Shown: positions 27,170-39,551 of the stretch, one piece after another
Layout of the letters: each line of letters starts with the position of its first letter
Numbering within the stretch: the stretch's first letter is position 1
Assembly (NCBI RefSeq): GCF_963921235.1
Contig: NC_086108.1
Span: forward strand, 22,196,001 to 22,260,000
DNA length: 64,000 nt
DNA from: Mobula hypostoma
Lineage: Eukaryota
Reading direction: 5' to 3'
The notes under the pieces: model-generated
What the model saw: only the letters and a program-made list of their open reading frames with translations
Told to the model about the DNA's origin: nothing
Databases searched by the model: none
Translations under genes and position numbers: made by a program

Positions 27170-29090
27170 AGAGGGTCCAAGCATAACTGATCAAGAAGTT
27201 AATGATGGTGTTAGGGTAAAAAGAAGTCTTTTGTTGTGAAGAATTAGGGGAACTTTAGAGACAAAATATGGCCAAAAAATTGATAAAAAGAGAAAAAGGC
27301 TGAGAGTCAATTACCAAGCAATGGACTGTGAGAGCTTTAAATATGTCAAGAAGAAAGGAATAACAGAAGTAAATGTTGGTTCCACTGAAGATAAGACAGG
27401 GAAATTATTGAAATGCAAACAGTTTGCATCTGTCTTCACAACTGGAAGAAATTAAAAATAGCAGGAACAAGGGAGGCAAGAACTTGGGATTATTACTATA
27501 ACAATATATACTCAGTAAATAGATGAGAATAAGTACTTCCGTATCTCCTGAAAAGATGATAATGGATTGGAAACAAAATGTGGCAAGGGAGAGAAGCTTG
27601 AGAGCAACAGGCCAAGACAGCTAAATATCTTTTTTAGAAAATGCTCAATTTCCTTATGAAAGGTAGATCACGTGATACATTTGGGAATTCTGTAAGTATT
27701 TGGATTTTCAGAATGTGTTTGACAAGGTGCCACACAACCAGTTGGTACACAAGATAAACTGCTGATGGTGTTAAGGGAGGTGGATCAGGATGGACTGAAG
27801 AATGATTATTGTATAGAAAATAGAGAGGTGGAATAAACAGGTCTTTTTCATCCAGAAATTTGTAACTCGTGGAATATCTCAAGGATCAGTTCTTGGTCCT
27901 CAGTGATATATGATTTATTTCAGAGACCTGGATGGAAGAGATAGCAGAGTGCAAAGTGTCCAAGTTTGCTGGACGTGGATGGAGGGCATGTTTTATACTC
28001 TGCAACTGGACGTACTGTAGGTAGGTTAAGTGAGTGATCAGTATTGTAGCAAATGGAGTTTAACATAGGAAAATGTGAGATCATGCATTGTGTTAAGAGA
28101 TATCAAAAGGTAAAGTATTACATACATAGATTTCTACCAGTGGAAGAATGTCAAGTGAAGAGACAGTTACAAGATTAGAGGCTGGTCATTTCAAACTGAG
28201 GTGTATTGGAACTTCTACTCATAGGTGGGAAATCGCCTGAATTCTCTACCCTGGAGGGTTTTGGAAGCTGGATCACTGAAGGTACTTGAAGAGGAGATAG
28301 GTATGCTTTTGAAAGATTGGTGAATTGAGGACTGAACTAGCACAGAAGACAAGATGAAGCCATGATCATGTAGAGTGGCGGGAGGACTTTGAGGACCTAC
28401 TCCTGACCATCCATATAAAATGGTAGGGACATACACCTGCCCTGTTGCCTTATGCACAGAGTTAATATGCAGGTGAAGCAAATAATTTGGCATGTTGACT
28501 TTTATTGAAAGAAGAATGGAGTATGAATGAATACTCTTACATCTGCAGGGCTTTGTTGAGACTACATGTAAAGTGCTGGAGTCTTGGTCTCCTTATTTAA
28601 GAATATATTTGCTTAAGGAGCAGTGCAGAAAAGGATCACTACATTAATTACTGGGATGAAGAATTCATCTTAATAGGATTAATTAAACCATCTGCATTGG
28701 ATTTAGTGGATTAAGAGGTGATTTTATTGATTCTGATGAGGATGTTGGCAGTGGTTGCTGTGTGGCTGCTTCTCCCCTCTCCCTCCCACCCCATATGGGA
28801 GAATGCAGAACTCATGGGCATAACTTCAGGATATACATACTCAAGACTGAGATGAGAGGGATTTTCTTTTCTCTCTGATGGATATAGATTCTTGAAATGC
28901 TCTTCCCCAGAGAACTCTGGATGCTGAGTCATCTGCTGTATTGAAGGATCAGGGGGAGTTTTGGATAGCATCAAATCAAGCATTGTTTGGATTATGGAGA
29001 GGAAAGTGAAGTTCACGTGAAGAGATCAATTATGTTTTTGTTTGGGAGAGTAGATTTGAGGGACAATATAGTATATTCTTGTTCCATTTC
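27170..29090 (+). mobile_element. Two adjacent, heavily decayed CR1 fragments
   Basis: RT remnants (TTTGACAAGGTGCCACAC, CAAGGATCAGTTCTTGGTCC, CCAAGTTTGCTG) and two 3' ends near 28410 and 29090. Confidence 0.65.
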
Positions 29091-30839
29091 TTATTTATCA
29101 ACTACCAGCTGATGCAGGGTTTCAACCTGAAATGTTAGTAATTTATCCCCCCACCCCACCACTAACACCACTTCTCAACTTCTGGACCCACTGAGTTCTT
29201 CCAGGAGACTGTTAGTTGCTAGTTGACTCAAATCCGTCATTTGTAATAGCTCAGGAAACCAATTCGTTTAGATGCATTTAAGGATGGGTAAAAAATGCTG
29301 GCTTGGTAACATGAATGAATTGAAAAAATGGATGCAAGCAATCAGAGATGTTAAAGAGATATCCCAAAGGAACACCTAATTGAAGGCCCATCACAGGAGC
29401 TACCTGGCCTCGACTAGCACAGAAGGTAACTTGCATAAACTGCATATGTGGTTAACCACTTGACAAATGTAAAATGAAAGAATTACTCAACCATGAGTGT
29501 GCTTTGAACCTGGCAACTGTTGAACAGGAGATACCAGCATCGTCCACCTCACAACAGTCCATGTCAAATTGATTGCGAGTCTCAATGTTCAGTTTAGAAC
29601 ATTTGGTCAGTTGCTTTGCATATGCCATTTGATTAAAGGTCTGCTTTGAGATGATATGATTCTGCTGCTCAGCTGAAGCAGTATTTAAATCAACTGTATC
29701 ACAGAACAACTTGAGAATTATTGTTCATTTTTTGTCTCTTGAGGAATTCTTGAATGGCAGGAGCTGATGAAATTTTTGGCTATTGTTCGGAAAACACATT
29801 AAATTTGTTTGTTTTGTAACATGACATGAAGGTTCAAAGACATTCTCAAATGATTTTGTATCAGTGGAAATTGCATTGTATTGCAATCTGCGTCTTTAAC
29901 GCTCTAACAGAAAAGCACTATTGTTTATGTAGTCAGAGTAAAACACTGAAATAAAGCCTTCAATGCTGGTAATGCAATATTACCTATATTTGTAAAATGT
30001 GGCTTAAGTGTTTGCTGTCTGATCTTATGTTTGTTACCCTATTTTTAATAATAAGCTTTTTTTCAGAAAGAGAAGGATGACAAAACGGTTCACATCCTGT
30101 TCAGTAAGTGCATTCAAACAATGCTACTAAGATCAGCACACCACATAAACCTCAGATTGTAGGAGGTGAAAGACCTTTTGTTTTCAGGATGACATGGCTA
30201 TTTTCTGAGTCACCAGAGTGAAATTACTTTTGTCTCCATTTTTGTTGCATTGCAGAGCAATAGAATAGTCAGATTTTGTTGAAAGGAGCAGATTGGTAAC
30301 AACAGGGAGCTCTGCTTGTTGGCTTTCTCTGAACTGAATTGAAGACCAAAGCAACAAAATGAATTTTAATCTAAATGCTAGATTATTGAGGTTATTGGGT
30401 TTTTGTAAAAATAAATCTGTATTTCCAAACAAAATAGAAATGAATGTTCCTCACCTTATTCTGCAAAAATATAATTACAAGCCTCTTGATGAAAGAAAAA
30501 TAATGTAGGAAGGATATTTCAATAAAAGATAAATCAACTCATTTTCAGAAACATTCTTGAGAATTTTTGTGAAATCTGATCAAACACAATAGTGAAATCC
30601 GAAACTGTGCCATGTACATGTAGAATGTAAAAAGAGAAACTGCTGGAAATACTCGATAGGTTAGACTGCATCTGAGAGAAGAAAAATGGAGCTAATGTTT
30701 TTTCAGCATTTGCTGTATTTTTAAAATCTAAGAATGAAACAAGTTTCTGTGGGGAGAAATTAAGGATCTTGAGGCTGCATAAAATTAGCACAAAGTAAAT
30801 TTCTGATTATGGTTATTGAATCATATACAAATCAATATT

Positions 30840-32310
30840 CACCAATCTTCAAAACCTGGGCCTCTGTACCTCCCTCTGCAACTGGATCCTCAACTTCTTT
30901 TTCAGGAGACCACAATCAGTGTGGATTGGTAATAATATCTTCTCCTCACTGACTATCAACACAAGAATGGGTGCTTAACCCACTCTCCCTACACTCGTGA
31001 CTGTATGGCTAAGGGACAGCTGAAACACCATTTATAAATTTACAGATGACACTACTCAAATCTCAGATGGCAATCGGGCAAAGTGCAAGAGTGAGAGAGT
31101 TCTGCTAGTAGAGGGGTGTTGCAACCACAATTTAGTATCAGCATCAGCAAAACCAAGAAACTTTGGACTTCAAGAAGGGGAATTTGAGACAATGTGCACC
31201 AATCTTCACTGCTCAGGTCCTAATGTGAGGCACGATCTACTGTTTGAACAATTTAAATGCCGGCCCAGATAGACTGGAAAGGTATGGTGTCAGGACCGGA
31301 GGTGAGGGTCGGGCTGATTTTGCTTGCTTTCCTGTGATGTTCACTCCTCTCTCCATGACACTGAGGCTGTGAGACTGGCTGGCTGCTGTGCTTGGTGTCT
31401 GCGAGCTTCGCAGCGATTTGTCCTACTAATATGACCAACTGAGACCGAGGTTTGGGCCCACTCCAGGGATTCAGATCTAAGGACTCAGTTTGGTTCAGAA
31501 TGCTGTTGCTCGCTTCTATTGATTGCATGATTTGTGTTTTTTTCACTTTCTGTGCATCAGATGTTGCTCTTTATTTTATTTTAATTGGGTTCTTTAGAGT
31601 TTCTTGCTTTGTGGTTGCTTGTCAGCAGAGAAATCTTAAGGTTGTATAATTTATAGTCTTTGATAATAAATGTACTTTGAATCTTTGAAGGGTCAATGCT
31701 GGAAAGGGTGAGCTGCCTCGAGTTCCTGGGCCTGGGCATCAACATCTCAGAGGAGCTGTTCTGGCCCCAGCACATTGATGCAATTATAAAGAAGGCATAC
31801 CACCAGCTATATTTCACTGGGAGTTTGAGGAGGTTGTTATGTCACCAAAGATTCTTGCAAATTTCTATAGCTGTATGGTGGAGAGCACTCTGACCATCTG
31901 GTGTGGAGGCTCCAATGCAGAGGATCACAAGAGGCTGCAGTGGGTTGGAGACTCAGACAGCTCCATTATGGGCACAACCCTCCCCACCATCCAGAACTTG
32001 CCTTAAGAAGGAAGCATCCATTATCAAGGGCCTTCACCATTTGGAACATGTCCTCTTCTCATTACTACCATTGGAAAGAGGTATAGGAACCTGAAGATCC
32101 ACACTCAACACACATTTAGGAAAAGCTTCTTCCTCTCTGCCATCAGATTTCTGAAGTCCACAAATTCATGAACATTATTATTCCTTTTCTGCCTATTTTT
32201 TAAAATGTTGTAATTTATAATTTTTTTTATATCTTCGCACTGTACTGCTGGTGCTAAACAACAAATTTCAAGTCAATGATAATAAACCTGATTCTGATTC
32301 TGATTCTGGT
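30840..32310 (+). mobile_element. Decayed Rex1/Babar LINE with an internal insertion (about 31210-31690)
   Basis: CTCTGCAACTGGATCCTC and AAATTTACAGATGAC RT remnants, ORF 31696..31893 (FLGLGINISEELFWPQHIDAIIKKA), and an AATAAACCTGATTCTGATTCTGATTCT tail. Confidence 0.8.
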
Positions 32311-32764
32311 CTACTCCAGAGGGAAATGTGAATGTAAATTCTGCACCCCTTTGTGCGCAGGAGTAAGTTCACCTGGAGTAATGGCCCATCTGCTAGTGTT
32401 CACATGGGAAATGGAAAGGAAGAAAAATAATTAATATTTTAAAAATCTCAAATTTTATGCTGAAATCCCCAACCTGGTGAATTACAGTGAATCAGATCTT
32501 TGAAGCACTGTACGATTCTGACAATTGGAGATCAATGTGTGAAGCCGTACACTTCCAACCTAAGAAAATGGATAAGTTCACTTTCTAAATGCCAAGAAAC
32601 TAGGGACAACAAGAAAGCAGTGAGATTCAGAAGTCCACATTATAAAACCCCAAATAAAGCAAGACAGGAACAAATATCAGCAGAAAAACTAATGCTAAGT
32701 TAGCCTTTATCTCAACAGGCAGAATATGGCTAACTAATGGCATAGAAATTGAAATGCTCTGCCA

Positions 32765-33060
32765 ATGTGTGGCACAATCGCACAACTGGCAGAGCTGCTG
32801 CCTCTCAGCTCTAGAGACCTGGCTCAATCGAGTCTATGGAGTCTGCACGTTCTCCCTGTAACCGTATCTGTTTCCTCTGGGTGCTCCAGTTTCTGCCTAG
32901 TTGCTGGATTAATAGGCTACTGTAAATTGCCCCAAGTGTGCAGGTAAGTCATAGAATCTGATGGGAATACAGGGATAGATTAGTGTAAATGTGTGTCTGA
33001 GGCTTGGCACGGACTTGGTGGTCTAACAGACTTGTTTTCACACTGTATTTGTTCAGTTCT
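32765..33060 (+). mobile_element. V-SINE-like SINE
   Basis: GAGCTGCTGCCTCTCAGCTC...GGAGTCTGCACGTTCTCCCTG...GTAAATTGCCC. Confidence 0.75.
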
Positions 33061-33274
33061 ATGCAATGCATTTCAGAAACAATGTACTTTGGAGGTGCTG
33101 CACCCCAGATTCACCAAAATCATTTGAGGATTTAGAGGGTTATTAATAGAAGCAATTGTATTCACTTAACCTGATTAAAGTGTTTCAGATGGTTAGAAAT
33201 TTTGCCAGAATAAATGGAAATAATCCCTCTTTAATGATAGACAAAAAACAAGGGGAGATCAATTTCAAGCACCT

Positions 33275-34065
33275 GCAAGTTTGCAGATGATGCCGGTGTA
33301 GTGGACTGTATCACAAAAAATGGTGGATCTGAGTACAGGAAGGAGATAGGGCGCTAGTGCTATGCAGAACACCTTTCCCTCAATGTCAATGAAACAAAAG
33401 GGCCGATCGTTGACTTCACAAAGGGGGTATTCATTGCACATACTCTTGCTTACATCAATGTTGCTGAGGTTGAGAGAGTTGAAAGTTCGTATGAGTGAAC
33501 TGCACCAATGGCCTGTACTGGTCCAACTATGTAAATTCCATGGTCAAGAAACCTCACCAGCTGTACTGCTTCTGCAGAAGGCGAAATCAATTTGGCATAT
33601 CACAATTGACACCCCTAGTTTTTATCAATGCATCACAGAAAGCAACCTTTCTAGATGCATTATGGCTTGGTAGGGCAACTTGTCTGCCATGACCACAAGG
33701 AACTGCAGAAGTTGTGTTCATAACTCAGCAGTTCAGAGAAACCAGCCTCCCTCCATGGACTCAATCTACACCTCTTGCTGCCTCAGTAAAGCAGCCGCCA
33801 CAATCAAAGCCCCCACTCATCTTGGACATTCTCTCTTCTATCCCTTGCATCAAGTAGAAGATACAGAAGTCTGAAAGCACATATCACCAAGCTCAAGGAC
33901 AGATTCTACCTTGCTAGGAGACTACTCAGTGGTTATCTTATACGATAAAACGGACATGACTTCACAAGCTACTTCTTTATGACCTTGTTCTTTATTGTCC
34001 TACCTGTGCTGCGCTTTCTCTAGCTGTTACACTTTATTCTGCATTCTGTTATTGTTTTACCTTGT
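33275..34065 (+). mobile_element. Decayed Rex1/Babar LINE 3' half
   Basis: AAGTTTGCAGATGA (FADD) start and FYQCITESNLSRCIMAW remnant. Confidence 0.7.
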
Positions 34066-35774
34066 TCAAGGTAAATATATTATCAAAGTACATATATGTC
34101 ACCATGTATAACCCTGAGATTTATTTTCTTGTGGGCATTCTCAAATCGATAATAGAATAATAACCATAATAGAATTAATGGGCATTCAAGCAAAGTGCAA
34201 AAGACAACAACTGCAAATACAAAAAGAAAGGCTTAAGAATAATAATATATAAACAATAAATACTGAGAAAACATGAGATGAAGAGTCCTTGAAAGTGAGT
34301 CCATAGGTTGGGAAGCATTTCAATGATGGGGTAAGTGAAGTTAAACTCCTTTGTTCCTGAATCTTGTGGTGTGAGAATTTCTAACCAACTTCAGTCAATG
34401 AAGTTGACAAAAAATTGACACTTCAGCTCTAAAATCACAATCAAAAGTTTTCATGTGGAAGTCTCGATATTTTTCAACTGGGGAGTTAGGCTAGACTGAA
34501 GTTACAAACTGTAAGCTTTTATGAGCTACTCTTAAAAAGAAATTCATCAGAAACTCCATTATTATTTTGCCCAAAGGGTTGAAAAGGTTATACTTTGTAC
34601 AGTTCACATCTGGTTTATGTGGATAAAACCACTTGTTGACCCAAAACATACTTGCATCTCATTGAAGAGTATAGTGTTCATCCCATTTGACATGGAACAG
34701 AAGGACTACAGGTTAATATGGTCAACTCTAATGACTGCAGTACAGAGTTAAATCTGTAAAGATCTCTTTATACTGTCATCAAGTTTTCAAAAGACTTTAT
34801 ACACAAAATGCACATTCTGGATCATCCAGGCAGATGTAGTTGGTAATGTTGAATCCCTGGAAACTAGTTTACAAATCCAAAAAATGTGGCAGAAGATATA
34901 TTGAAAGTGCTTTGGAAAAGTATACAAATTCCATCTTGGGTCATTTTACTTGGATGCCTCATAGTCTTGGGAATCCTTTCCATGGACCACAGCCAAATAA
35001 CAGTCAGTTCACAGCTTCAGCTCTCTGGACATCGAAGCCCGATAGTCAAAACCCTGAGTCTACAAACTCTTGAGAGTCCACTGGGGGAGTCAGAAGCCCA
35101 TTGTCTGCAAGTACACTGAAGGCCAAAGGCCTCGAGGCTGTCTTGTGGTTGGAGAACTGTGTATGTGTGTGGGTATATGAATGGATGGGTTTTGCTGGTG
35201 GTGTGTTGATGTGTTCTGTGTTGTTCTGCCGGCCATTGTGGGCATGTGTTGTTGGTTCAAAGTTTGAAGTACATTTATTATGGAAGTATGTATACTATAT
35301 ACAACCTTGAGATTCATTTCCTTACAGGCAGACAAAAAATTAAAAAACCCAATGGAGCCCATTTTTAAAAAAGACCATCAAACACCCAAAGTGCAGAGAG
35401 AAAAAAAATCATGTAAACAACAAAAGCAAGCAAATTTAATTCAGAACTGATGTTCCTGAAAGTGAGTTCACAGCCATGGAGCCAGTCATCACTGCAGCCG
35501 ATTCAGGAGTTCATTAGTTGTAGGCCACAGCCTCAGTTCATCGCAGAGACAAATCAGCCCATCCCTCGTCACGCTGACCTTTTCGATTTGGCCCAGTGCT
35601 AAGATCGGCCAAATCTTAGTCCATTCCTTGCTCCCGGACCTGGGTCCTGACACCAATACGCTCAGGTACCAGAATGTGTGGCCAAACTTGTGGGCTACCC
35701 ACAGTATATCCCTAGGTTCCTTACATTGCAAACAACACATTTGACTGTATGTTTCAATGTACATGTGATAAATA

Positions 35775-37470
35775 AATGAATCTCCATAATCAGAGAAACA
35801 GCAACACAGGGACAAAATCTGGTCACATCTCTCCAACAATGACACACAGCATATGGGAAGGACCACACACCAGCACAGACTTCCAGAGGAAACGCAACAG
35901 TACAGAAAACATTGCCGCCTCACTCCTGGACAAGCTAAATATTTTTTATGCTCGATTTCAGATTGATAGGACTGAACCCCCGGGAACAGCCGCTGACGAG
36001 TCCTGCACCTTGGTCATCTCTGAGGGTGAGCTACATAGAACATTCCAACATGTCGACAGCCGCAAGGCATCGGGGTCAGATGGCAACCCAGGGCGGGTCC
36101 TCAAAGTGTCTGCTGAACAGCTGGCTGGCGTGTTTACGGACATATTTGGTATCTCCCTCTCCCAGTATGTAGTACCCTCCTGTTTGAAATCATCCATCAT
36201 TGTCCCTGTGCCTAAGAAAACTAAGGTAGCATGCCTGCGCGATTGGCGCCCTGTCGCACTCACCTCAATTATAAGCAAATTCTTTGAGAGGCTGGTTAAA
36301 GACTACATCTGAAGCATGCTACCACCCACACTGGATCCCCTACAATTTGCCTACTGACGGAAACAGTCTACCGATAATTCCATAGCCACAGCACTACATA
36401 CTGTCCTCACTCACCTGGAGAAGAAGGATGCATATGTTAGAATGCTGTTCCTAGACTACATTTCGGCATTCAACACCATAATTCCCTCCAGATTTGACAG
36501 GAAGCTCAGAGACCTCAGCCTGCACCCCACCTTGTGCAGCTGGATCCTATCGGATCGCTGACAGGTGGTAAGGATGGGCTCTCTCACCTCTGACCCTCAA
36601 CACAGGTGCCCCCCAGGGATGTGTCCCAAGTCCCCTCCTCTACTCCCTTCACACCCATGAATGTGCTGCCACACATAGCTCCAATATGCTGACCAAATTC
36701 ACAGATGATATAACTTTGATCAGCCTTATTTCTAGCGGTAATGAGACAGACTACAGAGGAGAGGATGACACTTCTGACACAGTGGTGCCAGGACAACAAC
36801 CTCCTCCTCAATGTCCAAAAAACAAAAGAGCTGATTGTGGACTACAGGAGGAATGGAGACAAGCTCGGTCCGATCAATATCAATGGCTCCGCCGTTGAGA
36901 AGGTAAGTAGTTTCAAGTTCCTTGGTATACACACCACTGATGACCTCACCTGGACTGTACACCTCGGATTTGTAGCAAAAAAAAAGCACAACAGCATTTC
37001 CTCCACCTCAGGAGACTGAAGAAGTTCAGCATAGGCCCCCAAATCCTCAAGACCTTCTACAGGGGCACCATTGAGAACATACTGACTGACTTGTATCACC
37101 GCCTGGTACGGGAACTGCACCAACCTCGATCGCTGGGCACTGCAGAGAGTGGTATGGACAGCCTAGCACATCTGTGGATGTGAACTTCTTTCCACTGAGG
37201 ACATTTATAGCAGCAGGTGTAGAAAGAAGGCCTGGAAGATTATCAAGGACACCAGTCACCCCAACTATAAACTGTTTCAGCTGCTTCCATCTGGCAAATG
37301 CTACCACACCATGAAAGCCAGGACCAACAGGCTACAGGACAGCTTCTTTTCTGCAAGCCATTAGACTTAAATTCACATCTGTACATTGCAATGGAGTCAT
37401 AATGCAAAGATTTTTACTCCCTCACATTGTGAGATGGATGTAAGTTTAAATAAATTCTGAATTCTAAATT
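35775..37470 (+). mobile_element. Rex1/Babar LINE RT, 5'-truncated, frameshifted
   Basis: ORF 35776..36312 (PVPKK..DWRPVALTSIISKFFERLV), GAPQGC, 36741..37019 (WCQDNNLLLNVQKTKELIVDYR) and an AATAAATTCTGAATTCT tail. Confidence 0.9.
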
Positions 37471-37471
37471 C

Positions 37472-37870
37472 TAACACACACAAAATGCTGGAGGAACTCA
37501 GCAGGTCGGGCAGCATCTATGGAGAGGAACTAGCAGTCGATGTTTTGGGGTGAGACCCTTCAACAGGCCTGTAAAGGAAGGGAGAAGAAGCCAGAATAAA
37601 AAGGTGGTGTACAAGCTGATAGGTGATGGGTGAAGCCAGGTGAGGGGGAAAATAGATGGGTGGGTGGATGAATTGAGAAGCTGAGAGTTGATAGGTGGTA
37701 AAAGTAAAGGGCTGGAGAAGATGGAATCTGATAGGAAAGGAGAGTGGACCATGAGAGAAAGGGAAAGAGAAGGGGCGCTAGAGAGAGATGATAAGCAGGT
37801 AAAGTGTAGAGAAAAGTTAAAAGGGGAGCCAGAATGGGGGAAAAGAGAAGGGAGAGGGGGGATGAACTGG
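37472..37870 (-). mobile_element. Penelope-like terminal repeat fragment
   Basis: ACACACAAAATGCTGGAGGAACTCAGCAGG start followed by a purine-rich body. Homologous to 45700-46320 and to the end of the Penelope at 52480. Confidence 0.7.
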
Positions 37871-38624
37871 TGACCTGCCAGCTTGTACTCCACAACCCTG
37901 CATTTTGTGATCAGCATGGACAAGGTGGGCGAGAAGTGTCTGCTTCTGTGCTATAGTACTCCCAGGCACCTAGGTTCCTCCTGATAACCAACCCTCAGGA
38001 TCATACATGTTTCAATAAGATCACTGCTCTTTCTTCTGCAGTTTGTAGGTGTTACACATTTCAGCCCCAGCACACTAGGAATTAACCTTACAATACTTGT
38101 GAGATTTCCAGAAAAACGGAGAAAGCATTTCTGAAGCCTCCTTGAAAAAGTGGAACATCAAAACTACCTGGCTGGTTGGTGTCCCTACTCCAAAAGACAC
38201 TCAGTCTGGAGAAGTAAATGGAAAAATGCTGAATGCCTTCAATTTCTCCAAGGAGAGCCTACAGAAACCAGCTTCAAACAACAGAATAAGCAGAAGGTGT
38301 GTTCAGCTCAAATTACTGGTCCTGTTTGACACCACTTGTCCCACATTTAGCACAGTCTGCAGATCTGGTACAGAGCTCCCTGATGTCAGTGGACAGCAAA
38401 AGCCTGGCTGTGCTGGTATTTTGGAGCTACCCTGGGTGGGAAGGGGGGTGGTTATGGGACATAGAGGGTCAAGATAGAGTTGTGAAATCTTAGATGGGCT
38501 TCAGGAGGTAGAGTGGGGAGGTGCAAGGGTTGATGGTACATTTAACCCATCAAGGAGCAAAGTCAAGTGATACTGGGACCCAGTGACTGCAAGGTCAAGT
38601 GATACTGGGACCCAGTAGTCAATG

Positions 38625-39000
38625 AATGAAGTCTTGAGGGATGTCTCAAAAAAAAACCTAGATGGAGTGGATGTGGAGGAGATATTTCTTATGGTGCGGG
38701 AGCCTAGGGCCAGAAGACATAGCCTCAGAATAGAGGGACATATACTTAGAACAGAAATGAGAAGGGATTTTTTTAGCTCGAGGGTGCTGAATCTGTGGAA
38801 CTCATTGCCACTGGTGACTGTGGAGGCCAGATCGTTGGGTGTGTTTAAAGCAGATTAAATAGGGTGTGAAAGGTTACAGAGAGAAAGCAGAAGAATGGGG
38901 GGGGCGGGGGAATGAATTAGCCATGATGAATTGGAGAAGTAGATTTGATGGGCCAAAATGGCCTAATTCTGCTGCTATCACTTTTGGTCTTATGGTCTCA
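38625..39000 (+). mobile_element. CR1 3' fragment
   Basis: ORF 38622..38858 (RTEMRRDFFSSRVLNLWNSLP) and a TTATGGTCT tail. Confidence 0.8.
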
Positions 39001-39551
39001 GTGGAGGAGAGGTTGTGGGAGGGAAGTTCAGATGGAGGCTAGTGATGGAAGTGTGAAGTGGTAATCTCGAAGGTGGTCACAGAGACCTTGAGTTATGCAG
39101 GGTAAGGGAGCAGGAGGAGGCCAAAGAGGTGGGAAAGTGGAGGGACTGAAGATGGAGAGGGTGAGAGAGCTCTTGAGGTGGGGAAATAACTTGATTTCCC
39201 TGTGGCTGGGCAAACTAAAATAAAAGGACATTAGTTAAAATTGAGAGGTTTAGAGATAATCTGAGAGGAATTTTTCCTCACAGAGAATGATTGGAGCCCA
39301 AAGTACTCTGTCTGAGGTGGTGGAGGCAGATACTCTCACAACATTTAAGAGGCAACTAAAGAGAAACTTGAATTGCTAAATCTCAAGAAAACACCAATAC
39401 AGACAAACTGGCAGGCCTCAATTATCTCCAGTAACATTTGGTTGGTTAATTAAACAGGTTTGTAGGTTGGTGCTTAGGATGCACCCGTCTCACAGCCACC
39501 CACCCCACCTCTTGTCGATGCAAGATGAATGCTGCATGGAGAAAGGCTCTT

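Noticed and set aside
38558..38616. 32-bp tandem duplication (CAARGTCAAGTGATACTGGGACCCAGT)
   Set aside because: A simple local duplication with no functional evidence.
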